Made by a program: the position numbers and the translations under genes. The notes beneath the pieces are model-generated. The model was not told the DNA's origin. It worked only from the letters and a program-made list of their open reading frames with translations, and did no database searches. Source: Candidatus Binatia bacterium (lineage in GTDB: Bacteria; Desulfobacterota; Binatia; Bin18). Taken from it: a DNA stretch of 64,000 nt. Within the stretch, counting starts at the first letter, position 1. The number at the start of each line of letters is the position of its first letter. Of this stretch, positions 7,817-18,000 are shown one piece after another. The stretch spans positions 182,749-246,748 of the forward strand of contig JAJEFA010000001.1 in the NCBI GenBank assembly GCA_022820725.1, written 5' to 3'.

Positions 7817-10438
7817 TTACGCCACCTCAGCCACCGGTGCGGTCGTGAAGGTGAGGTCGTGGTGGTCGTAGTCGACGATCACGTGGGCGTTCTCCGCCAC
7901 CTCGCCAGCGATGATTTTCCGGCCAAGATTGGTCTCTATCTCTTTCTGGAGGAGGCGTTTGAGGGGCCGCGCCCCATAGGTCGGGTCATAGCCGGTGTGG
8001 GCGAAGTATTCCTTAGCGCTTTCCGTCAGTTCAAGCGTGATGTGTCGCTCGGCCAGCCGCTCCCGCAAGTGCGCAAGCTGAATCTCGACGATCTGTTTGA
8101 GGTGGTCCCGGTTCAGGCTGTGGAATACCACAATCTCGTCGACCCGATTCAGAAATTCCGGCCGGAATTCGTTCCGCAGGGCATCCAGCACATCTCTCTT
8201 CATGCGCTCATACGCCTCGGCGTCATCACCGCCCCGATAGCCCAGGATCAACTGGCTGCCGACATTCGAGGTCATGATGATAACGGTGTTCTTAAAATCA
8301 ACCGTCCGGCCGTGCCCATCGGTTAACCGTCCGTCGTCCAGAATCTGGAGTAAGGCATTGAAGACATCGGGGTGGGCCTTTTCGATCTCGTCGAACAGGA
8401 TGACCGAATAGGGTTTCCGCCGGACCGCTTCGGTCAGTTGTCCGCCTTCGTCATAGCCGACATACCCCGGAGGCGCACCAATGAGACGCGCGACCGTATG
8501 CTTCTCCATATATTCCGACATATCGAGCCGGACCATATTCGTCTCATCGTCAAACAAAAACTCGGCCAGCGCACGGGCCAGTTCGGTTTTGCCCACCCCG
8601 GTCGGCCCCAGAAAGATGAACGACCCAATCGGCCGGTGCGGGTCCTTGAGTCCCGAGCGGGCCCGAATCACCGCGTCGGCCACCGCCTGGACGGCCTCTT
8701 CCTGACCGATCAGCCGGTGGTGCAACAACTCGCCGAGTTGCAACAATTTTTCCCGTTCGCCTTCGAGCAGCTTTGCGACGGGAATACCCGTCCAGCGCGA
8801 GATAATGGCGGCAATATCGTCCTCGTCAACCTCCTCCTTGAGGAGGCGACTCGGACCCTGTTCGCTCTGGAGCTTGGCTTCTCCATCCGCCAGGTCGCGC
8901 TCAAGCTGGGCCAGCTTGCCGTATTTCAGTTCGGCGACCCGGTTGAGATCGTAGTCGCGTTCGGCCTTTTCAATGGCGCGCCGGGTCTGTTCAATGTCCT
9001 CTTTGAGACTGCGGAGCTGACCGATGCTGTTCTTCTCCATCTCCCACCGGGCAGTCAGCGCCCCGGCCTCAGCCTGGCAATCCGCCAGCTCCTTTTCCAG
9101 CTTCTCCAGCCGGAGCCGCGAGGCCTGGTCGGTCTCCTTGCGCAGGGCCTCGCGCTCAATTTCAAGCTGCAAGACCCGCCTGGACACCTCGTCCAGTTCG
9201 GTCGGCATGGAGTCGATTTCGGTGCGGAGCCGGGCCGCGGCTTCGTCCATCAGATCAATAGCCTTGTCCGGCAAAAAGCGATCGCTGATGTAGCGGTGCG
9301 ACAAGACCGCCGCGGTCACCAGCGCCGCATCCTTGATGCGAACCCCGTGGTGGATTTCGTAGCGTTCGCGCAGCCCGCGCAGAATGGAAATCGTGTCTTC
9401 CACGGACGGCTGGTCAACCGTGACCGGCTGAAAGCGCCGTTCCAGCGCCCGGTCCTTTTCCACATATTGACGATACTCGTCCAGCGTCGTCGCCCCGATG
9501 CAGTGCAGCTCGCCACGGGCCAGCATCGGTTTCAGCAGATTGGACGCGTCCATGGCGCCCTCCGACGCTCCCGCGCCGACCACCGTATGCAACTCGTCTA
9601 TAAACAGCACCACCTCGCCCTCGGACTCCTGGATCTCTTTGAGCACGGCTTTGAGCCGCTCTTCGAACTCACCCCGAAATTTTGCACCGGCAACCAGCGC
9701 GCCCATATCCAGGACGATCACGCGGCGATTCTGCAAACTTTCCGGCACATCGCCGCTGACGATGCGCTGGGCCAGCCCTTCCACAATGGCGGTCTTGCCC
9801 ACACCTGGGTCACCGATCAGCACCGGATTATTCTTGGTGCGGCGAGAGAGCACCTGTACGATCCGACGGATTTCATCATCCCGGCCAATCACCGGGTCAA
9901 GCTTGCCCAGGCTCGCCGCCTGCGTCAGGTCCCGACCATAACGTTCCAGGGCCTGATAGGTGCCCTCCGGATTTTGACTGGTCACACGCTGGTGGCCGCG
10001 TACTTTCCGGAGCGCCGCAAGCAGACGCTCTCGGCTCAGGCCGTGGTCGCGCAGCAAACGGCCCGTCACGCCCTCGTCTTCCAGCATGGCCAGCAGCAGG
10101 TGCTCAACGCTGACGTAGTCGTCTTTCAGTTCCTTGGCTTCATCTTCAGCGCGGGTGAGCACCTGGGACAAGCGCTGAGTGACATAAACATGGTCCGGAC
10201 CACTGGCCGGGCCGGAAACCTGCGGAATGCGATCCAGCAACTTTTCAAGCTCAGCGGTCAGCGCGTCGAGGGACACTCCGGCCTGAATAATCAGCGCCGG
10301 GACGATTCCGTCGGGAGATTCCGTGAGTGCGGCCAATACATGTTCAATATCAACTCCCTGGTGATTCCGTCGGGTTGCCAGCGCCTGGGCCTGGCGTAGA
10401 GCTTCCTGCGATTTTTCCGTCAAGCGGTTGAGATCCAC
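7817..10438 (-). CDS. clpB: ATP-dependent chaperone/disaggregase ClpB
   Basis: Two AAA+ modules ([13 protein letters not shown]... and [12 protein letters not shown]...), a coiled-coil middle domain and a C-terminal D2-small domain. Canonical N-terminus (V)[17 protein letters not shown] at a GTG (10438) preceded by GGAGGAAGGAGG. The track ORF extends 36 codons further upstream to an ATG at 10546. Confidence 0.9.
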   Translation of the reverse strand: MDLNRLTEKSQEALRQAQALATRRNHQGVDIEHVLAALTESPDGIVPALIIQAGVSLDALTAELEKLLDRIPQVSGPASGPDHVYVTQRLSQVLTRAEDEAKELKDDYVSVEHLLLAMLEDEGVTGRLLRDHGLSRERLLAALRKVRGHQRVTSQNPEGTYQALERYGRDLTQAASLGKLDPVIGRDDEIRRIVQVLSRRTKNNPVLIGDPGVGKTAIVEGLAQRIVSGDVPESLQNRRVIVLDMGALVAGAKFRGEFEERLKAVLKEIQESEGEVVLFIDELHTVVGAGASEGAMDASNLLKPMLARGELHCIGATTLDEYRQYVEKDRALERRFQPVTVDQPSVEDTISILRGLRERYEIHHGVRIKDAALVTAAVLSHRYISDRFLPDKAIDLMDEAAARLRTEIDSMPTELDEVSRRVLQLEIEREALRKETDQASRLRLEKLEKELADCQAEAGALTARWEMEKNSIGQLRSLKEDIEQTRRAIEKAERDYDLNRVAELKYGKLAQLERDLADGEAKLQSEQGPSRLLKEEVDEDDIAAIISRWTGIPVAKLLEGEREKLLQLGELLHHRLIGQEEAVQAVADAVIRARSGLKDPHRPIGSFIFLGPTGVGKTELARALAEFLFDDETNMVRLDMSEYMEKHTVARLIGAPPGYVGYDEGGQLTEAVRRKPYSVILFDEIEKAHPDVFNALLQILDDGRLTDGHGRTVDFKNTVIIMTSNVGSQLILGYRGGDDAEAYERMKRDVLDALRNEFRPEFLNRVDEIVVFHSLNRDHLKQIVEIQLAHLRERLAERHITLELTESAKEYFAHTGYDPTYGARPLKRLLQKEIETNLGRKIIAGEVAENAHVIVDYDHHDLTFTTAPVAEVA

Positions 10439-10439
10439 G

Positions 10440-10530
10440 CTGCCCTCCTTCCTCCAGCCATTCGAGTTTGTCGTTTTTAACTGACTGTGACTTTTGACTG
10501 TCAAAAAGGTAAGGCTGATTTGGGGCGTGT
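10440..10530 (-). promoter_or_regulatory. clpB upstream region with TTGACAGTCAAAAGTCACAGTCAG (direct ACAGTCA repeat); putative promoter/operator
   Basis: TTGACA-like hexamer and repeated ACAGTCA motif about 55-30 nt upstream of the GTG start; no CIRCE consensus seen. Confidence 0.2.
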
Positions 10531-10705
10531 CAAGGAGAAATGACACAATACGCCATCCCCTCCACGCCCGTCTCTCTCAGCGGGAAGGTCGACTCCCTCT
10601 CCTCTGAAGGGCTGAGGACCCGCCAGTTTTGGAGAGAGCGGGAATCCGGGGTGCGGGAAATCGCCGGTGCGACACCGGGCAGGCGCTTTGGTATCACACG
10701 TCTCC

Positions 10706-10733
10706 GTAGGGGCAATTCATGAATTGCCCCTAC
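10706..10733. repeat. REP-like 28-bp perfect palindrome GTAGGGGCAATTCATGAATTGCCCCTAC
   Basis: Seen directly in the sequence, 23 nt downstream of the aminotransferase stop. Same outer arms as the family; different palindromic core. Confidence 0.6.
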
Positions 10734-10755
10734 CGCATCGTATGCCCGTGATCGT

Positions 10756-12123
10756 TTACCCGGCGGCTCTTTCTTTTCGATCCATCAGATCCACGACTTT
10801 GGGCGACTTCGTTTCCGCCACCCAACTCGTCAGACGCTGCACGGCTTCAATCATATCTCCGCACCAGCGCTCAATGAAATCGGCCGGGAGGTCGTGGTCG
10901 AGCGGAATCGCCTCGCTCGCGGTGAGGGCTCTCGCGCCGTCAAAGCCGACATAGGCAACCCGGGCGGTGAGTTCCTCCCGCGGGCGCTGAAACGCCGAGC
11001 CGGGCAGGACGGCAACACCGGTATCGCGCAGGAGCGCCTCGCACAGAGAGTCGCTGTCCATAATACCGCGCTGCGCCAGCCGCTCGGCAAAAGGGGAAAA
11101 ATCCGGAAAGAGATAAAAAGCGCCAACCGGCGCGTGCACCCGGACGCCGGCCGCCTGAAGAATCTGCGTACAGCGTTGGCCCAGGTCCGACAGAATGCGG
11201 CGGACGTGTGAGAGATAGCGCTCAATCCCGATGCTCGCCTGAAACGCCCGGGTCGCCGCATATTGAATCGGGGCGCTGACCGACGTATAGGTCTCACTGG
11301 CCACGGCCGCCATCGCTTCCATCAGCCAGCTCAAATCCGGTGGAAAGGTAAACGTCCCGAGCCGCCACCCGCCGGCTCCGCACCATTTGGACAGCCCGGA
11401 ACTGATGATGGTGCCTTCCGGATAGAAGCGGGCAACAGACACATGTGCTCCCCGGTGGTGCAGTTGACCATAAATTTCATCGGACAGCAGAATCACCCCG
11501 AACTGCCGGGCGACCGCGGCCAACTCTTCAAGCTCGTGCGCCGTATAGCTGCCCCCTTCGGGGTTCCCAGGATAATTCAATACGAGAATACGCGGCCGGT
11601 CCGGATCGGCTTTACAGATGGCCTCCAGGCGCTGTGGGGAGACGCGCCAGTTCTCTTCGAAGGTCGTCGGTATGAGATTGACGGTGCGACCGATGATACG
11701 AGCCTGGGGGATATAGGACACCCAGGCTGGAGACGGCACGAGCAATTCGCCGTAAAAGGTCAACTGCAGGAGGAACAGCAGCTCTTTTGAGCCGGGTCCG
11801 ACCAGGACACCCTCGGGGCGGGCCTGCACGCGATCTTTCTGTCGATGAAACTCCGCCACTGCTTCCCGCAGGGCGGGCAGACCGGTGACCGGCAGGTAAT
11901 CGTCTTCGTGGGCGTGCAGCCTGAGCGCGTTCACCACTTCGGACGGAATGGGAAACGGCGATTGGCCCAGCCCGAGTTTATAGACGCGGTGCCCTTCGCG
12001 GCGGAGCGCGTTGCTCCGCTCATTGATCGCTAAGGTTGCTGATTGTCCAAGCCCCCGCACGTTGAGGTTGAGGCTACCACATCGGTGATGACCCTGAGGT
12101 TCCACTGCATCCACCTCCCCCAC
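10756..12123 (-). CDS. Class I/II PLP-dependent aminotransferase (AspC-like)
   Basis: N-terminal block ...RGLGQSATLAINERSNALRREGHRVYKLGLGQSPFP and SKWCGAGGWRLG (PLP-lysine region) are typical of fold-type I aminotransferases. GTG start per ORF track. Confidence 0.75.
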   Translation of the reverse strand: MGEVDAVEPQGHHRCGSLNLNVRGLGQSATLAINERSNALRREGHRVYKLGLGQSPFPIPSEVVNALRLHAHEDDYLPVTGLPALREAVAEFHRQKDRVQARPEGVLVGPGSKELLFLLQLTFYGELLVPSPAWVSYIPQARIIGRTVNLIPTTFEENWRVSPQRLEAICKADPDRPRILVLNYPGNPEGGSYTAHELEELAAVARQFGVILLSDEIYGQLHHRGAHVSVARFYPEGTIISSGLSKWCGAGGWRLGTFTFPPDLSWLMEAMAAVASETYTSVSAPIQYAATRAFQASIGIERYLSHVRRILSDLGQRCTQILQAAGVRVHAPVGAFYLFPDFSPFAERLAQRGIMDSDSLCEALLRDTGVAVLPGSAFQRPREELTARVAYVGFDGARALTASEAIPLDHDLPADFIERWCGDMIEAVQRLTSWVAETKSPKVVDLMDRKERAAG

Positions 12124-12267
12124 CGGCCCCTGTTGTTGTCTTCACGGCCGGTGCGCTCTGCGCGCCACCCTCCCAGAATACCGCATGTCTCGGAGAGACA
12201 CAAACACAAACGAGTTTTCAGCCGCGCAGCGGTGCAAAACGGGGGAATGACGGAAACACCGAACCCA

Positions 12268-15200
12268 TCAATATTTCTTCTGCCAGAGAATATGGGCTTC
12301 GCTGGCACCGCCCGAACTGGAGGACGTATCGATCTGCCAGTTCGGACCGAGCTGATATTCCAGGGAGACTTTCCGCTCACCCTTCTTCGTCAGGTCATGA
12401 GCGACGGATACCTGTAACCCCTTGGGCAAAGAGAAACCAAAGCCGACCGTCCCGCCGGCGATATCCAGATTCGAGAGTTTGAGGCCGGCCCCAAGCCTCT
12501 CCAGCCCAAGCGCTTGAGAGACCGACTCGCCGATCTTGGTCGCGGCGTAACCGCTCGTGATCGCCAGCGCCTGTTTCTCAAGGTCAAGCTTTTCGCCTTG
12601 ATCCAGCGCGCTGGCCGGCTTCCCAAACAGGAGAACGGCCAGGATATCGGCATGCTCCAGTTCCGGCTGGCTGCGTAAGACGAGGCTGGGTTCGTCTGCG
12701 GTTCCCCGGACCACGGCTTCAACGACATGGTCGGGCGCCTGGTATTGCGCCACAATGTCCAGACTCGGATTGATTTTTCTCCCCCCGGTAAACTGGACTG
12801 TGCCCCCGTCCAGGGTGAAACGCCGCCCCTGGAAACCCGCCCAGCCTTGAACCACTTTGATATCCCCGACCAGGCGGGGCTCCGCCCCGCGTTCTTTCGT
12901 CACCGTGACCGCCCCAGTCAGATCAACTGCCGTGTTCGCGTGTTCGATCCGGGTATTGCGGTGGACTCGGACAGTCAGATCCATGGTCGCATTACGGGCG
13001 GCCCTGCCCTCGGCCCTTTGTTCTCTGACCGCGGCGTGCTCGGCCAGAGAGCGAGCGGTCTCACCCACCGGGATAACGAGAATGGTTTCGTCCCGATTGA
13101 CCGGCCTGCTATCGAGAAAGGCCAGGTCCGGGTGAAGGGTGGCCCGCAGAACTTCCACCGTACCGCTCAGATGTGGTGCGGTGAGGGCTCCGGATATGTT
13201 GACAGCCGCACCGACCTCGGCCTGGTACTGCCTGGTATGAATCGCCGGCCATTGATGAGCGGTCAGGGTCATATCTATGCCCTGTGGCGCGTAATTGGAT
13301 AAGCTGATGACCCCTTGCCCTGTCATCTTGCCTTTTCCGGAGACCGCAGAGATTTCCTCAATGCGCAGCGTCTCGGGCTGGGCGACCAGTACAAGAGTCG
13401 CATCGGAGATCGTCGTTCCGAGTGGAGCGACCGTCACCTGACCATTGCGGAGCGTGATTGTTCCTCGCGGGAACAGGTCCGTGAGCGGTCCGTGCAAGGC
13501 CATGTCAACATGCAGTTCCCCGGCAATATCGCTGGCTCCTTTGCCACTCAGAGCGTTCAGAAAGGCCAGGTTCAATCCGCTGGAGCGCGCGCGGGCGTCG
13601 AGGTCTCCCAGGATTCCGGTTGTGAGCCCGTTGTGCCAGTGCAGGGCAAGCGGCAGCGCCCCGGAGACCTGCAAGGCATGCTGCCCATCCTGCTCAAAGG
13701 TCAGGTCGAGCGTGGCCTGCCCGTCCCGATAGGTAAACGAAGACGACAGCCCTTTATATGGCTGTTCAGCGATGCGTAACGGATCGATAGCCAGGTTTCC
13801 CTCGATAATCGGGGTCTCGGCAGTCCCGGAGAGCCGGATATGCGTAGACAGCGCGCCGGCAACGGTCGGCATATCCGGTACGAGCGGGCGCAGCCCGGCT
13901 ACGGCCAACTCCTCGACCCATACCTGAAAATCCTGCGCGCCATGCGTTGAGACACGTCCCTCTATGGAAATACGTTGCTCCCCGTTCCTCAGTTGCAGGG
14001 CCTCAATCGCTATGGCCCCGGGCTGCTGTGTCACCGTAGCAGGTGCTTCCAATTCCCAGACGCCGTCGGGCAGTGCCAGTGCAAGCGCGTTCACGGACGC
14101 GCTCAACCGGTCGGGCCGCCGGACAATCTGCGTATCCAGATACTGCTTCCGAGACGCGCTATCCGTCGCGTGAACCGTCAACTGTCCCCCGAGAGCCTCT
14201 GTGTGCGTCAACTCCAGTTGGGCAGCAACAGATTGCAGTTCAACCCCGGCATGCAGTCCGGACAATTCAACCCCTATCCTCCCCGTCGGCCACAGTTCGC
14301 CTCCGGTCAGACGATACTCGATCATTCCTTGAGTGAGCGTCCCCCCTTGCAGCGCAACAGCGCGTGTCTGCCCGGTACCAGAGACGGCAAGTCTGGTCAG
14401 ATTGCCCTCAGCTTCACCCGCCAGTGTGAGCTGGCCTGTCCCCTTTTGGCCGGCCAGAGCCAGCCACGGGGCCAGGTCGGAGACGTTGAGCTGATACGAC
14501 AGTTTCCCCATCTCCGCTAACGTCGTCCCCAGTTCCCCCCGCATCGCCAGGCTGGCACTCCGGGCTTTGAGTTGAACATCAGCGATTTCCACCCTGCCCT
14601 CGGCCACCGAGGCATCAAGCCGTCCACTCCGTATCGATATGGGGCCAAGACGCGAAGGAGCAAGCGTAAACAAGGCCCGGGCATCCATGCCGGACAGGTC
14701 CATCCCTCTGCCCCGCACCGTACCGGACAGGTTGAGATCGCTCGTCATGACCGGGTGGGTACCGGCTTTTGCCTGCGTTCCGTTTTCTGCTCCCGCACCC
14801 GGAACCATTTTTTGCAAGTCAAGGTGGTCAACCGCAAGCGTGAACGTGTACGCAAGCTCGTCCGCAAGCCGGATTTCGGCCTTCCAATCTGCCCGACCCG
14901 AGCTCGCGGCAATCGTCCCTGCGACCTCGCCGACCTGCTGCGTGACGCTACCGGCCAGCCCCACCTCGCCGACCCGCCACTCCCCAATACGAAAGTCCCG
15001 ACCTTGAGCCACGGCATTGCCGCTCAGGCCGGCCAGATCGGCCCCCTGCCCCGCCAATTCCAGGCTCCCCTCAAAGATACCGCCCAGGGCGGCGCTGCCG
15101 CGCAGCTTTGTGAGGTCAAAGCGAGAGAAAGCCACCGTGCCGGTGTATCTGGGCTCGCTCTGACTCAGGTCGGTCCACACCTGCCCCGTGAGTTCCGCGT

Positions 15201-16143
15201 CGGCGACTGCCAGCCGGATGTCGGTGTGCAGGTCGGCGAGTTCGCCCGCAACGCGGACTTCTCCCAATATCGCTTCATGGATTGGCCAGCCGGGAACCAT
15301 CGCAGCCAGGTCAGCCCCAGCCAGCTTTTGAATGGAAAGTGTTCCGTCCAGTGTCAGCGTGTCCAGGTCTGCGACTCGGCCGCTCAACCGCATCCGGGAC
15401 TGTGCGGAAGTGAGATCAATATGAGGGATGTCAATGGAGAGATGTTCCAGGTCTCCGTACACCGACGCCGCAGCGGCGAGGCTTAGCCGTGGAGCCGGAG
15501 CCGCGGCAATACTGGTCGTCAATCTGTTGCATACGACCTGCCATTGATCGCCCTCCAGCGCGGCCCTGGCCTCAAGGGTCATCTCGTGCAAACGATACGG
15601 AGCATGGCCGGCAGAAACGACCTCGACCGCCCCGTTGTGGATAGTGACGGCACCGAGAACAATACCCGGACCGATTCCCGGCGAGGGGTCTGCGCCCCGG
15701 TCCGGGTTCGGAACCAGGGCTTGAACCAGATCCCAATTGCCCGCCCCGTCTTGGGCCAGTCGAACGACAGGCTCATACACGTCAACCCGCGTCAGGCTCA
15801 CCCGACCGCTGAGCAGCGGACGGAGCGCATACCGGACGGTCAACCGAGGAATATGCACGACCTCTTTTTTATCATACCGAACGGTCAGATCGGTGAGTTG
15901 CAGACCCCGCCACACCGACCCGCCCAGACCGCCCAGGCTGACCTCTCCGGGCAGGGCGGTGTTCAGGGTCGAGACGATCCGGCCGTGCAGGAATTTCTGG
16001 AACGGCGCAGTCCGCAGGAAAAGGAGCGCCCCAATAACGAGAACAACGCCCAGGCCTCCGACAATCAGCAGCGTCCGCCACACGTACCGCACCCGTTCTC
16101 CCTCCCTCAAAACGATTGTCCGATGCCGAAATGGACGCGCCAC
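12268..16143 (-). CDS. tamB: Translocation and assembly module protein TamB (AsmA-like / DUF490)
   Basis: 1291 aa with an N-terminal TM anchor (LLIVGGLGVVLVIGALLFL), a long beta-rich body and a DUF490-like C-terminus. Directly downstream of, and overlapping, the Omp85-family gene. Confidence 0.8.
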   Translation of the reverse strand: MARPFRHRTIVLREGERVRYVWRTLLIVGGLGVVLVIGALLFLRTAPFQKFLHGRIVSTLNTALPGEVSLGGLGGSVWRGLQLTDLTVRYDKKEVVHIPRLTVRYALRPLLSGRVSLTRVDVYEPVVRLAQDGAGNWDLVQALVPNPDRGADPSPGIGPGIVLGAVTIHNGAVEVVSAGHAPYRLHEMTLEARAALEGDQWQVVCNRLTTSIAAAPAPRLSLAAAASVYGDLEHLSIDIPHIDLTSAQSRMRLSGRVADLDTLTLDGTLSIQKLAGADLAAMVPGWPIHEAILGEVRVAGELADLHTDIRLAVADAELTGQVWTDLSQSEPRYTGTVAFSRFDLTKLRGSAALGGIFEGSLELAGQGADLAGLSGNAVAQGRDFRIGEWRVGEVGLAGSVTQQVGEVAGTIAASSGRADWKAEIRLADELAYTFTLAVDHLDLQKMVPGAGAENGTQAKAGTHPVMTSDLNLSGTVRGRGMDLSGMDARALFTLAPSRLGPISIRSGRLDASVAEGRVEIADVQLKARSASLAMRGELGTTLAEMGKLSYQLNVSDLAPWLALAGQKGTGQLTLAGEAEGNLTRLAVSGTGQTRAVALQGGTLTQGMIEYRLTGGELWPTGRIGVELSGLHAGVELQSVAAQLELTHTEALGGQLTVHATDSASRKQYLDTQIVRRPDRLSASVNALALALPDGVWELEAPATVTQQPGAIAIEALQLRNGEQRISIEGRVSTHGAQDFQVWVEELAVAGLRPLVPDMPTVAGALSTHIRLSGTAETPIIEGNLAIDPLRIAEQPYKGLSSSFTYRDGQATLDLTFEQDGQHALQVSGALPLALHWHNGLTTGILGDLDARARSSGLNLAFLNALSGKGASDIAGELHVDMALHGPLTDLFPRGTITLRNGQVTVAPLGTTISDATLVLVAQPETLRIEEISAVSGKGKMTGQGVISLSNYAPQGIDMTLTAHQWPAIHTRQYQAEVGAAVNISGALTAPHLSGTVEVLRATLHPDLAFLDSRPVNRDETILVIPVGETARSLAEHAAVREQRAEGRAARNATMDLTVRVHRNTRIEHANTAVDLTGAVTVTKERGAEPRLVGDIKVVQGWAGFQGRRFTLDGGTVQFTGGRKINPSLDIVAQYQAPDHVVEAVVRGTADEPSLVLRSQPELEHADILAVLLFGKPASALDQGEKLDLEKQALAITSGYAATKIGESVSQALGLERLGAGLKLSNLDIAGGTVGFGFSLPKGLQVSVAHDLTKKGERKVSLEYQLGPNWQIDTSSSSGGASEAHILWQKKY

Positions 16144-17966
16144 GGCTCATCATCGTCCGCAGGATCGATGGGGAAACCCACATCGAACCGCAGCGGCCCG
16201 ATACGTGTGGCGTAGCTCAGCCCAAAGCCGGGCGCAAATTGAAGATCATCAACCGGAATATCGTAGCTCTCAAGCGAGAGCTGACCAAAATCGAGGAAGA
16301 CCGCCCCGGCCAGTTCACGCCATAACGGTCGCCGCAGTTCGACCGACCCTTCGATCATACTCAGTCCTCCGAGCGGGTCGTCCGCCGCGTTCAGGGCACC
16401 AAGTTTACGTCGGCCATAGCCCCGCACACTCCCATCGCCTCCGGCATAAAAGCGCTCCGACAGGGGGATATTACGCGGTGAGCCGAAAAAGTCGCTCAGG
16501 CCCATTTTCAGGCGAGAGGCAAGGACAACTCCCCATCCGAGACGCTGATAGTGCTTCGCCTCAGCCGTCAGGTTAAAGAACCGATAATCGCCACCCCAGA
16601 CTGTCCCGGCTTGGTTGGCAACCACGGACAGCATCCCACCCTGGGTCGGATTCAGGGGGTCTTCAGTCGTATCCCAGACCAGCCCAAGAGTCGGGCCGGA
16701 CAATAGACCCTCGCGCCGCAGGCCCTCCAGAGCCCGGATGGTGGAACCGCCGACTTCGTTGAACTTCAGAAACTCGACCCGATAGCCAATAAAGCCGGAG
16801 AAGGTCGGAGAGAAATAGCGCTCGATGCGCGGACGCAGACGGGAATAATTGAGGAGATACGTATCTTCATCTTCCTGCCCTTGCTGGATGTCGCTGCGCA
16901 GCAGCGTGTCATGGTCGAGGAAGTAGGGCTGCACGAAGGTGGCTCCTATAGAGCGCTGGATGGCGGACAAACGCAGTTCCGCAGACAGGCGGCGACCGCC
17001 CCCCAACCAATTCCGGTGCTGCCAGGCCGCTCGACCGATAAACTCCTCGTCCGTACTATAGCCGGCCCCAAGCCGAATGCTGCGTGGCTCTTTCTCGGCC
17101 ACACGGATACGGATGGGGACCTGACGCGGTTTCTCGCCCTCCTGCCGGAATTCCATCTGGACCGAGTGAAACAGGTCCAGATTCAGCAGATTCCGGCGCG
17201 ACTGCTCTATAGCTGCCAGAGCAAACGGCTCGCCGGGCGCATAGGTCAGTTCTCTGAGTACGAGGTGCGGATCAACCTTCCGCGTCCCGGCAATATCGGT
17301 TGCTCCAAATGTGGTCGGCGGTCCCGGCGAGATGGAGTACGTCACCCGCGCCTGCCGGGTATTCAGGTCAACCTCGGCTTTGCGCTCGATTTCAACCCAG
17401 GAATGACCATGCTGAAGAAAAACCTGACGCAGCGCCTGATCGGTCTGTACGTAGGCCGCCTCAGTGAAGAGCGCCCCGGACTCAAGCGGGAGACGCTCGG
17501 GAAGCGCCACACCGGTCCGGGCTTTTGTTCGGACATCGACGCTCAGCGCTCCAACCGTAACCGGCTCGTTTTCTTGAATCCGCACCACCAGGGAAACGCG
17601 CCCCCGTGCGTCATCGGTGTGCAGGTCATACGTCACCTGAGCCTGATAATAGCCCCGAGTTTCATAATAGTGCCGAACCCGTTCGAGATCCCGCGTAAAT
17701 GTGACGGGATCAAAGAGCGGCTGCTGTTTCCACGGCATATACCAGGGCCGGATTGTGGTTTGCAGCTCAGCCAGCAGGGTCTCGGTATCGAACTGCTCGT
17801 TGCCGGAAAGCGCAATCGACTCGACCCGCCAGGCACGCTCCGGGTCGAGCTGTTCGAGCGAACGGGCAAAAACGACCGCCCCTCCCCAACCCAGCAGCCA
17901 GACGAAGCAAAAAAGGACTATGCCGGACACGGACCAGCAACCCTTTTTATCTCGCGGCTTTGTCAT
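16107..17966 (-). CDS. tamA: Omp85-family outer membrane protein TamA (POTRA domains plus C-terminal beta-barrel)
   Basis: Signal peptide MTKPRDKKGCWSVSGIVLFCFVWLLGWGGAVVFA; C-terminal barrel ending ...DDDEPWRVHFGIGQSF (aromatic terminal residue). Start moved to Met53 (17966) to avoid overlap with yihY. Confidence 0.8.
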   Translation of the reverse strand: MTKPRDKKGCWSVSGIVLFCFVWLLGWGGAVVFARSLEQLDPERAWRVESIALSGNEQFDTETLLAELQTTIRPWYMPWKQQPLFDPVTFTRDLERVRHYYETRGYYQAQVTYDLHTDDARGRVSLVVRIQENEPVTVGALSVDVRTKARTGVALPERLPLESGALFTEAAYVQTDQALRQVFLQHGHSWVEIERKAEVDLNTRQARVTYSISPGPPTTFGATDIAGTRKVDPHLVLRELTYAPGEPFALAAIEQSRRNLLNLDLFHSVQMEFRQEGEKPRQVPIRIRVAEKEPRSIRLGAGYSTDEEFIGRAAWQHRNWLGGGRRLSAELRLSAIQRSIGATFVQPYFLDHDTLLRSDIQQGQEDEDTYLLNYSRLRPRIERYFSPTFSGFIGYRVEFLKFNEVGGSTIRALEGLRREGLLSGPTLGLVWDTTEDPLNPTQGGMLSVVANQAGTVWGGDYRFFNLTAEAKHYQRLGWGVVLASRLKMGLSDFFGSPRNIPLSERFYAGGDGSVRGYGRRKLGALNAADDPLGGLSMIEGSVELRRPLWRELAGAVFLDFGQLSLESYDIPVDDLQFAPGFGLSYATRIGPLRFDVGFPIDPADDDEPWRVHFGIGQSF

Positions 17967-18000
17967 ATGAGGCACCAGAAAAAATAGGGGAAAAGAGCGG

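Noticed and set aside
8372-10399. 675-aa ORF on the plus strand
   Set aside because: Entirely antisense to clpB, Arg/Gly/Pro-rich and low-complexity: a typical high-GC antisense artefact. The same applies to 16881..17987 (antisense to tamA), 52316..53797, 53733..54842, 54885..56036 (antisense to GT genes), 59117..61090 (antisense to the carbamoyltransferase), 61536..62798 (antisense to wzt) and 23607..24671 (alternate frame of kef).
10440-10530. CIRCE/HrcA or HAIR/HspR heat-shock operator upstream of clpB
   Set aside because: No match to TTAGCACTC-N9-GAGTGCTAA or CTTGAGT-N7-ACTCAAG; only a TTGACA-like box with ACAGTCA direct repeats, kept as a low-confidence promoter note.
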